Origin: Anaeramoeba ignava BMAN
Lineage: Eukaryota > Protista > Anaeramoebae
Length of the DNA stretch: 64,000 bases
Assembly: GCA_028826165.1 (NCBI GenBank)
Contig: JAPDFW010000070.1
Location: 558,001 to 622,000 of the forward strand
Direction of reading: 5' to 3'
The translations under genes were made by a program, and so were the position numbers. Shown here piece by piece: positions 49,519 through 60,700 of this stretch. Numbering within the stretch: the first letter of the stretch is position 1; each line of letters opens with the position of its first letter. Below the pieces are notes generated by a model, which made no database searches, was not told the origin of the DNA, and was given only the letters and a program-made list of their open reading frames with translations.

Positions 49519-49732
49519 ATTCATAGAATTTTAACCTTTTCTTTTTTTTTAAAAATAATCAAAAAAATCTTTATAAAAGAAAAAATTTTTTTCTCTTTCT
49601 AAAAATATAAAACTAAAAACTAAAAACAATAAAAATTCAAATTTAAAACAATAGAAAGTTTTATTTTATTTTTTTTTTATTTATTGAATAGATTTTTATA
49701 TAAAAAAATTTTTTTTTTGTTGATGAAAGAAA

Positions 49733-50224
49733 TTATTGTAAATTTTCATCAAAATTATCAAAACTAAAATCATCAAAAGAAAATTGATTCATTTCATCTT
49801 GTGGAAAATTTGCAAAAGGAAAAAAATCTTCTTCAAAATCTTTTTCGAAATTTTGAAATTCAAATTCATTTTGAATTGGACTTTCATTTGGACTTTCATT
49901 TGGACTTTCATTTGGACTTTCACTATCATTTTGATTTGAAAATTGATTTTGATTTTGATTTTGATTTTCATTTTCATTTTCATTTTCATTTTCATTTTCA
50001 TTTTCATTTTCATTTTCATTTGTGGCTTGATTATTTTGATTTTGATTTTGATTTGTTGCTTGATTTCCTTCTTGATAAATTCCGTCTTGAATTCTTTGAA
50101 CAGAAGTTATAAAATTATTTTTTAATCGTTCTAATTTATTTTCATAGTCTTGAATTGCTCTTCGAATTCTTTCATTTTTTTTTTGTGAAAGAAATTCAAT
50201 TTGATTTAATAAGTGAATTTTCAT
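49733..50224 (-). CDS. Hypothetical protein (short coiled coil + N/E/Q low-complexity + acidic/Phe C-terminus)
   Basis: 164-codon ORF with non-repetitive ends. The true start may be the ATG at 50298 if a homopolymer indel is corrected. Confidence 0.45.
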   Translation of the reverse strand: MKIHLLNQIEFLSQKKNERIRRAIQDYENKLERLKNNFITSVQRIQDGIYQEGNQATNQNQNQNNQATNENENENENENENENENENQNQNQNQFSNQNDSESPNESPNESPNESPIQNEFEFQNFEKDFEEDFFPFANFPQDEMNQFSFDDFSFDNFDENLQ

Positions 50225-50768
50225 CAACCTATCATTTGCTGGTTGAGTTTGTGTTTTTGTGCGTTTTGTGAAAAAGAAGAAATTTTATCTTTTTCCATTG
50301 TTAATTTTATGTTAAAAATAAAAGAAATTAAATTAAAAATTAAAATTAAAAATAAAAATAAAATAAAAATTAAAAGAGGGATTAAAATGAAAAAAATAAA
50401 AAAAATAACAAAAATAACAAGAAAAAAAAATTTTTTGTTTTGAAAAGAAAAATGATCAAGAAAAAATAAAAAAAAATCTTTTTATATCAAAAATTTTTTA
50501 AATTAAAAATAAAATAGAATAAAACTAATTTAAATTAAATTAAAAAATTGTTGAATTTCCTTTTTTTTTTTGCTTATTTTTTTGCTTATTTTTTTTTAAT
50601 CTTTTAATTTTTCGAATTGACCCCCAAATTTTTAAAAATAAGCAAAAAAAAAAAAATTTAAATTAAAAATAAATTAAAAATCATAATTAAAATTTAATTA
50701 AAACCTTTTAAAACAGATCAAAATCCCTCATTTATTCTTTAATCAAAAAAAAAAAAGGAAACAAAATT

Positions 50769-52269
50769 TTATTTGTTTATTTTAATTTGTGTGAAAAAAT
50801 ATCATATAAAATAAGATTAAAAGAAAGATAATTAATTTTTTTTTGTCTGGTCTGTTTCTTTCTTGTGAAGATAAAGTTTGTTGATTTGAATCCCCAAAAT
50901 TTAAATCAAAACCGAAAAAAGATATGTTCTATTTGATTTAAGTTTTAATTTTAATTTTTAAGTTGATTTTTATGATTAAAATTTTAATTATTATTAAATT
51001 GATTATTAAATAGATTTGATAATATTAAATTGATTATTTTAAATAGATTTGATTTTTTGCTTGTTGAATGTTTTTTATTATTTAGTTATAAAATAGATTT
51101 GATTAAATTTATTATTTAAATTATTATTTAAAATTATTATTAAATTTATTATTTAATTTATTATTTAAATTATTATTTAAATTATTATTAAAATTATTAT
51201 TTAATTTATTATTTAAATTATTATATAAATTTATTATTTAAATTATTATTAAATTTATTATTTAATTTATTATTAAATTTATTATTAAATTTATTATTAA
51301 ATTTATTATTTAATTTATTATTAAATTTATTATTTAATTTATTATTAAATTTATTATTAAATTATTATATTAATTTGATCTCGGAATTGATCAATTTTTT
51401 CGCATTAAAAAATGGAGAAAATTGATTTCAAATAAATTAAATACATTATGATGAGAATCATTTTGTGATGTTTCTGAATTTGCAAAAGGATTATTATTTT
51501 GATTTTTTGATCGTCTTCCTTCAGGTCTTTTTGGGATTTGAAATGTATTATATTTATGATGAGAGCATTCTCTTCCTCTTCCATATAAAGGAATAATATC
51601 TTCTTTTGAATTGATAACATTTTTACAAACTGGACATTCATTTTTCTTTTGAAGCCACATATATAAGCATTCCCAACAAAAAAGATGCCCACATTTTGAA
51701 ACAACAGGATCACAAGCTGTTTCGAAGCATATGTTACATTTATAATCTTTTTCGTTTTCATCATCTGGTTTATTTTTTTTTGCAAAATTTATTGAATATC
51801 TCTGGGGTGGCCTTTCAAAAAGAAACGAGTATTGATTTTGATTTTGATTTTGATTTTGATTTTCAATTTGATTTTGATTTTGATTTTGATTTTGATTTTG
51901 ATTTTGATTTTGATTTTTATTTTGATTTTGATTTTGATTTTGATTTTCATTTTGATTTTCATTTTGATTTTGATTTTGATTTTGATTTTGATTTTGATTT
52001 TGATTTTGAATTTGATTTTGATTTTCAATTTGATTTTGATTTTCAATTTGATTTTGATTTTGATTTTGATTTTGATTTTGATTTTGATTTTGATTTTGAT
52101 TTTGATTTTCATTTTCATTTTCATTTTGATTTTCATTTTCATTTTGATTTTGATTTTGATTTTGATTTTGATTTTCATTTTGATTTTCATTTTGATTTTC
52201 ATTTTCATTTTCATTTTGATTTTGATTTTGATTTTGATTTTGATTTTGATTTTCATTTTCATTTTTCAT
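50769..52269 (-). CDS. RNF5/RNF185/RMA1-like C3HC4 RING E3 ubiquitin ligase with C-terminal membrane anchor
   Basis: CNICFETACDPVVSKCGHLFCWECLYMWL...CPVCK...IIPLYGRG...IPKRP is the RNF5-family signature. Intron 51444-50929. The last exon gives a hydrophobic tail KLIIFLLILFYMIFF if the 9-A run at ~50840 is off by one base. Confidence 0.8.
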
Positions 52270-53179
52270 TTTGATTTTGATTTTTTGATTTTGATTTTTG
52301 ATTTTGATTTTCAATTTTGATTTTGAATTTCTTTTGATTTTGATTTTGAAGAAATTGATTTTGATTTTGATTTTCACGATTTTGATTTTCTTTGATTTTG
52401 ATTTTGGTTTTTGAATTTTTTGAAATTTTATTTTGATTTTGAATTTGATTTTGATTTTGATTTTGATTTTTGATTTTGAATTTGATTTTGATTTTGGTTT
52501 TGAATTTTTGAAATTTTATTTAATAATTCGTTATAATTTAATTTGTATCCAATAGTCGAAACCCAATTAGTCTCTCGATATAAATTACTTGCATTTTTTT
52601 TTAAAGTTAAAACAACTGGGACATTTTCTATAAAATATTTATTATTTTTTTCAACACAAACTTTCCAATTTTCTATTGGTTCGGTTTCCGGTTGATAACT
52701 CCCAATTTTAATAAGACATTATAATAAACCTCCCAGTCAAACCACTGCTCTTTTTTGTTTTTTGTTGATATGAAATGTCACATCTTTTTTTTCTTTTTTA
52801 TTTTTTTTTTTTTTTTTTTTAATTAAAATTATCTCAAAACAATTCCAATCTGAAAATGAAAGATAAGTGAGAATAGGAATCAGAATCAAAAAAGAATTCA
52901 AAATGGAAGAAAAAAGGAAAAAAACCAAAATCACAAAAAGATCACTTTTCAAGGGTTTTCACTTATGGAACATTTCAAATCAAAGGAGGGATTGATCACC
53001 ATTTTGACAGATTTATATGAAAAAAATTTAGATCTTCATTTTAATTAAGTCCCAAATCGAAGTACAGAAAATAAATAAAAATAACATGTTTTGAATTCAA
53101 CAGAAAAACAAGGAATCAAGTTGAATGTGAAAAATTCAATTCTTAATGAACAAATTTTTCTCAACTATACTTTTCCCTT

Positions 53180-53990
53180 TAAATTTTTTTCTCCAAATTC
53201 CCAAATCCAGAAAACTCCATTTTGTTTCAATATTTCATTGTAAATTATTAGTTGTTAAACGATTAATTAATTTCTCTCAATTCTGATCTCATTTTCCCAA
53301 CATATTTTCACATAATCAACTAAATATGGAAAAGACTTTCAAAAATTACAATAAGGAGATTCTCAAATAGAAGCTAATCAAAATATTAGCTCTTTGTTTA
53401 ATTTCTTCGCGAGAAATATTCTTCTTCTCTTTGTAAAATCAAAAATCAAGTGATTATACCCATTTCTCTACTTTCTGGTGATTTCAAATCTATTGCAATT
53501 TGGCCAAATGTAATCAATTCTTCACAGAATTCAGACAGAAAGAACATCCAAATCAATCTAAATATATCATCAATATTCCCTTTTTCTTTTATATCATATC
53601 GATCTTTAATCAAATTCTTATAGTATTCTTAATTCTCTTGGTTATTACTACTCGAAACAATTTCTTGTCCAAGATTCTGATCTTTCGTTTGCTTTTGATT
53701 TTTTCTTTGGTAAATTATTTAGAATCCAAATATAATCACAGTTTCAATTGGGAAAGATGGATCTTAAGCCAAATAATCCCTCTTACTTTTCTTTAGGTTT
53801 TATCCAAATTCAAAGCCACTGTATATGATCGATCTAATTGTTTAGATCAAAAAACAATCTTCCAATTCAGATTGGGAATTTTGAGATCTTATCTTTGGCA
53901 CAAAAATTCCAAAAAAAAATTTTTGAAATGGAAAGAATTAGTAAATTTTTAGATCAAAATCATGATCCAGAAATCATTCCCTCTTTCTAT
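53180..53990 (-). pseudogene. Degraded coding remnant, possibly protein-kinase C-lobe
   Basis: Non-repetitive, coding-like composition with stops and frameshifts. Fragments LFGL, DDIF...EELIT and LVDYVKICWENE...LINRL occur in kinase subdomain VII/IX/XI order. The match is weak. Confidence 0.25.
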
Positions 53991-54375
53991 ATTTCCAAAA
54001 AAAGAAATTAAAAAAAAATAACTTAAAAAACAAAAAGAAAAAAAAGTCAAAAAAAAAGTAAAAAAAAAATTTAATTCCGGACTTCAATTTTTCCATTTTT
54101 CCTTTTTTTGGTTTGGCCTGAAATCGAAAATAGAAATAATTTTATTTTTTAATTTTTTTTTATTAATTTTTTTTATTCATTTTGACGGCAAATACAACCG
54201 GAAACGGAACCATTGGTTCTTCTTGAAATTTTCCTTGAATACAACACCATCTTGAAATCATTAAAAATAAAAGAGAAATGAAGAAAAAAATGATTTTGAA
54301 TTGTTTTATTTTAAAAAAAAATTTTGAAGTTTCGAAAATGAAAAAATGAAAAAATGAAAAAATGAAAGAAAGAAT

Positions 54376-57178
54376 TTAAATGAAAGAATTTGATTTAGAA
54401 GTTGTTTTTGGTTGTTGTGTATTTGATTGAGTTTGATTCCAAAATTGATTTTGTTGAGTATTTTGTTGAGTATTTTGTTGTTGAGTATTTTGAGTTTGAT
54501 TCCAAAATTGATTTTGATTTTGATTTTGATTTTGATTTTGATTTTGATTTTGCATTTGTTGCATTTGTTGCATTCTTTGCATTTGTTGTAATTGTTGCAT
54601 TTGTTGCATTTGTTGCATTTGTTGCATTTGTTGAAGTTGTTGTAATTGTTGAGGTGAAAGATTTGAAAATTGTTGATTTCCAAATCCTCCAGTATTAAAA
54701 CCACCTCCAGTATTAAATCCTCCTCCAGTATTAAAACCACCACCTGTATTAAATCCTCCTGTATTAAAACCACCACCAGTATTAAATCCTCCACCAGTAT
54801 TAAACCCTCCAGTATTAAAACCACCTCCAGTATTAAAACCACCTCCAGTATTAAAACCACCTCCTGTAAGTGCATTTCTAACTCTATTCCATCCAAATCC
54901 AGTTGTTGTACTTTCTCCTCCAAATTCTGTTACTAAATCTTTAAGTGCATTGATCTTATTATTTCCTAATCCACTTTGTTGTATAAAATCTTGTTGTTGA
55001 TTTTGTTGTTGATTTTGTTGTTGATTTTGTTGTTGTTGTTGTTGTTGGAATTGTAGTTGTTGTTGTTGTTGTAGTTGTTGTTCTTGTTGTTGTTGTTTTT
55101 GTGTAAATGATGTATCTAATCCTAATGAAAGCATTTCATCAATTAAAAGTCCTCCTTTTTTAATTTAATAATTTTTATTTTGTTTTTAAATAAATTAATA
55201 AATAAATTAAATAAAATAAATAAATAAATAAATTTATTACCAGAATTTGGTTTTTTAACTTCAACTTGTGGTTGTTCTGTTTGAATTAATGATTCTACTT
55301 TTGTTTCTTCTTGTTTGTGTTGTTTTTTTATTGGTTTTTTTATTGGTTTTTTTATTGGTTTTTTGTTGTGTTTTGATTTATGTGATTTTTTAACATAATT
55401 ATCACTATCACTATCACTATCATTATCACTATTATCATCATCACTATCCTTATCATCATCATCACTATCATCTCCAACTACAACTCTTGGTTTTGATGTT
55501 GGTTTTTTTAAATTAAATCTTTTCGGACTTCTTGGTTTTGTAGAAAGTTTTAAACTTGTTTTTTTACGAGGAACTTCATCTTGTACTTCATTTTCATCAT
55601 CTTCTTCATGATGTTTATGTGATTTCTTTTTAGCAAACCATCTGTTCTCATATTTATTATTAAAATTATTTATAAATTATTATTAAATTTATTATTAAAA
55701 TTATTATTAAATTTATTATTAAAATTATTATTAAATTTATTATTAAAATTATTATTAAAATTATTATTAAATTTATTATTATAATTATTATTAAATTTGT
55801 TTATAAATTTATTATTAAAATTATTATTAAAATTATTATTAAATTTATTATTAAATTAATTATTAAAATTATTATTAAATTTATTATTAAAATTATTATT
55901 AAATTTATTATTAAAATTATTATTAAATTTATTATTAAAATTATTATTATAATTATTTTATAAATTTATTATTAAAAATTATTATTATTATTATTAAATT
56001 TATTATTAAATTTATTATAAATTTATTATTAAAATTATTAATAAAATTATTATTAAATTATTATTAAAATTTATTAATAAAATTATTATTAAATTTATTA
56101 TTAAAATTATTATTAAATTTATTATTAAATTATTATTAAATTTATTATTTAAATTTATTATTTATAAAATTATTATTAAAATTATTATTAAAATTATTAT
56201 TAAAATTATTATTAAATTTATTATTAAAAATTATTATTAAATTTATTATTAAATTTATTATTAAATTTATTATTAAATTTTTATTATTAAAATTATTATT
56301 AAATTTATTATTAAATTTATTATTAAATTTATTATTAAATTTATTATTAATTATTATTATTAAAATTATTATTAAATTTATTATTAAATTTATTATTAAA
56401 ATTATTATTAAAATTATTATTAAATTTTATTATTAAAATTATTATTAAAAAATTATTATTAAAATTATTATTAAAATTATTATTAAATTTATTATTAAAT
56501 TTATTATTAAAATTTATTATTAAAATTATTATTAAATTTATTATTATAATTATTATTAAAATTATTATTAAAATTATTATTAAAATTATTATTAAAATTA
56601 TTATTAAAATTATTTATAAATTTATTATTAAATGGTAAATTAGAAAACAAACCTTTTTTCTTGATATTTAAGTTTAATAAATTCTTTAATTTTATCAATT
56701 TCACCTGGTTGAGGTTTTTTAAATTTGCTTTCACTCCATTTTGATAAATATGTTTTACGATCAACTGCATTTCCTCCATTTTGAAGGCTTTTTATTTCTG
56801 AAGATGAAAAAGAAGCCATTGCAATACTTTTAACTCGATGTCCAAATGATCGACTTATTAATATTAATTTTATTAATTTTTATAATTTTATTAATTTTAA
56901 TAATATTTTTATAATAATTTTTACTGAATTCCACTGCAAATTGTACAAACAAATGTATTGAAATCTAAACATGCATAATTTGGACCCTTTTTTTTTTATT
57001 ATATTTAAAAAAATTTTTATTAATTTTTCTTTTATTTATTTTTATTTTTATTTTAAAAAATTTAAATTATAATTACTCTTTCATTACACATAGCACAAAA
57101 CTTATTTTCAGGACGACGAACAAGTTCACGAAGAATTTCTGTGTGTCTTTCATCAAGAGACTTTAATCTAACTGACAT
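54376..57178 (-). CDS. ArfGAP with FG-like repeats (AGFG/Hrb-type)
   Basis: Five exons. Zn finger PENKFCAMCNER|GPNYACLDFNTFVCTICSGIH|RSFGHRVKSI...LQNGGN, then S/D-rich, Q-rich and (GGGFNT)n regions. Confidence 0.85.
55650..56630. repeat. (TTATTATTAAA[A/T])n minisatellite inside an ArfGAP intron
   Basis: Directly visible ~1 kb array between AAAAG|gt (~56652) and ag|ATGG (~55642). Confidence 0.9.
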
Positions 57179-57735
57179 TTATAATTAATTGATTAATTAA
57201 TAATAATAATAATAAAAATAAAATTATTATAGGAAAAAGTTTTCTTGTTAACAGAAAAAAATTGAAAAATTGAAAAAGAGAAAAAGAGAAAAAGAGAAAA
57301 AGAGAAAAAGAGAAAAAGAAATTTAGAAACAAACAAAAACAAAAATAATAAGGAAAAAAATGAAAAAAATGAAAAAAAAAATGAAAAAAACTTTTTTTTG
57401 ATGTTTTGTTTTGTTTTGTTTTGTTGTTTATTTTTTAATTGAGAACTTAAAATTAAGAAAAGAAAAAAGAAAGGAGAAAAAAAAAATATTTTATTTAATT
57501 TTTTCTTCTTTTGATCGAATTTTTATTATTTTTTTAATTCCCAATCTAAAACTAAATCTAAAACTAAAACTAAAACTAAATCTAAAACTGAATTTAAAAC
57601 TAAAACTAAATCTAAAACTGAATTTAATTTAATTTAATTTAATTTAATTATTTTTTTATTTTTTTATTTTTCATTTTTCATTTTTTTTGCTTTTTTATTT
57701 TATTTTATTTTATTTTTTTCAAGTATTGAAAAACT

Positions 57736-60700
57736 ATGTGGAAAGTTGATTTGATCATTATCAAAAGCAACTTTGAACAAGATTTATGTGAGCCATATTG
57801 TAGTTTTGTTCACAAAGGAACAACTTACAAAACAGACATCGATCACGAGACAAACACACCAAGATGGAATAAAAAATTCACATTAAATGGAGAAGCAGAA
57901 ACGTTCCAAAACCTTCGATTCGAAGTATGCAAATCACAACGGCCAAGAGACGGATATATTGGCACAGCAACAATTTCGTTATTAAGACAAGTGAAGCAAA
58001 AAGGAGTCGAAAAAGGAATTGAACATAAACCGTTAGATTTATTGAATGTACTTCCGCTTTATGAACAGAAAAAAGAAGGCTATTCACCAGGACCAATGAC
58101 AGGAACAGTTAAGATCCGCACAATCATCACCTTCCAAAATGATATTCCAGAATGGCACGAATTAACAAAAACAGAAATTTATGGACAAATCCCCCCAAAA
58201 GAAAATCAACGTCAAATGTCAATTTCTGTAGCTGTCAGAAAGGCAAAGGAAATTGTTATGGCAAGTAGCAAAAACGAAACGGCAAATTCGCTTGTCAAAA
58301 TTGAGTTTGGCAAAAAAACACTTTTTACAAAACCACAAAACGACACAAATTTCCCAAAATGGAACGAAAATTTCCAGTTTGTAACGGATATGAATGAATT
58401 CGCACCAAAAATGCATCTCGAGCTACGGGACACCAAAAGCGTACTTGGGGAACTGAACTTCAGCATATATGAACTTCTGCGCGAGAACTTCACAGAGAAA
58501 ACAGAATATGTGATACTAAAGTGGTTTGCGCTTCCGCAAGGGAAAATCAAACTTGGATTTCGGATCAATTTCGATGAAACAGTCGATTTCGAGTTCTTGC
58601 GCCAATTGTGTGGACTGAGCCCGTTTGTTCCACATCCACTTTTTGATCCTGAGCGAGACGAGAAGATCTGGGGATTGAGAATAACGGTATCAAAAGCCGT
58701 TGAGCTTCCGTGCAAAAAAGAATCATCGCTCGATCCGTACTGCAAATTTGCGATTGGAGAAAAGGTCTTCCAAACAACACCGCAGAAATCCACAGCAAAC
58801 CCTGTGTGGGAAGAGACTTTCATGGGAACAGATGAGTACACGAAGCTGAAACAGCTCAATGTGGAAATTTGGGACAAAAATCAAGTGACAAAAAGCACAG
58901 CCGTTGGAAATGTGAAAATTAAGCCTTATGCATTATTGCGCAAACGGGTTGGTGAAATCCGCAACGGCACAAGGATATTCAACTTCGAAGAGCAGTATCC
59001 AGTCACCCAGCACACAGACACACGCAAAGTCATTGGCGGAAAGCAAGGAACAGTTTATTTTACAATCAGAATAGAAATTCCGCCATTGGCGCACTTGGAT
59101 TCCGTTATCCGTCTTGTTGCGCCGCCAAGCGACCCTGAACCCAAGTTCTCTCTCACTGACGCAACCGCCTTTGGGCTTTCTCTCACCATTATCAAAGCAC
59201 AAGGTCTTCCTCCCGCTGATGTTTCAGGCTTTTCTGATCCTTACTGCAAAATACAGTTCCTCAAACGCATACCTCTTATAGAAACTCCCCCTTCTGCTCT
59301 CTCGCTGGACAATACTAACGCAATGCTTCCTTCCCAGCAAACACCCCCAAAAAATGAAACTGATCCTGTTATAAAAACAGGCCCTAAATTTATGGATCCG
59401 AAAAAATTCGCAAAAACAACCCAAAAAAAAATGAAAGCGACTCAGAAACAACTGAAAAAGCAGATGAAGCTCGACAAAAAGGAGCAGAAGAAGAAACAGA
59501 AACAACAAGCCAAGGAGGAAAAGAAGACGAAAAAGGGGAACGAACTTAAAACGAAAGTCATCAAAAAAACACTGAATCCGACATGGAACGAAACATTCCA
59601 GCACCAAGGCACATTGGATAGTGCGACGAAGATTTTGATCACAATAATCGATTGGGATCGGTTTTCCTCAGACGATTTTCTCGGCACAGTAGAACTTGGG
59701 ATTAAGAAACTATTCAGGAAATCTTATGTTGATGGAAAACATATTTTTGTAACCACAGAATGGTTCGATATTCGCGGAAAACCTGACCCTAAACACGGTG
59801 GCTACAGCGCTGGCGGGAAGCTTAAACTTCGTCTCCAACTTGAGCTCTCTCCATCGCTGTTGCCAGATCAAGCAGCAAGACTACTTGGGATTGTGAAGAC
59901 TGAACCACCGAGAAGAATGCCTGAAGCACGCGAAAAAAAACCAACGGATTGGGGTCTTGTGATGACTTTCAAACGGGCAGAGAACTTGCCTTCCGCAGAT
60001 ATATCGGGCTTCTCGGATCCTTTTTGTATCTTTGATTTAACGCCGCTCAAAAAATTCAAAACAAGCGTTTGCAAAAAAACGCTGCATCCAGAATGGAACG
60101 AGACAATAACGCAATATGTGCCCAATGAATATTGCCGAAGTATTAAAATCAACGTGATGGATTGGGATCGGGCAAAGTCCAACGACCAACTGGGGTTTGC
60201 TAAGCTTCCAGTGTTCAATCTGCTCAGTAAAGTTTTCCAAGACAACCAACTTGTGTACAAATTCCACAACGTAGCGCTTCCCATTCGGCAGGATAAGAAC
60301 CCACGCACAGGAGTAAGACCAGATGCTGGAACTCTCTATATCTCACTTCGTGTCGAAATTCCCCAAAATGCGGATATTCTAGCTGTCAAACAAATGCTCG
60401 GTATTGTTCCTCCTCCTCAAATTTACACCCTCCCTTCAGACGAAGAGCTCTGGTCGGCAAGGATCACTATTCGTAAAGGAAACGGTCTTCGTTCAGGCGA
60501 TTTAAACGGTCTCAGCGATCCCTTCTGTCAGTTCTGTGTCGGCGGCAAGGAGTTCAAGACAAAAACAATCAAAAGCACTCTATATCCAATTTGGAACGAA
60601 TCTTTTGATCTCGTTTCTCTTGACTACGCTGATCTCCGCAAACTCAAGATTCTTTATTACGACTACGACAAATTCTCCAAGAACACTCTTCTCGGAACCG

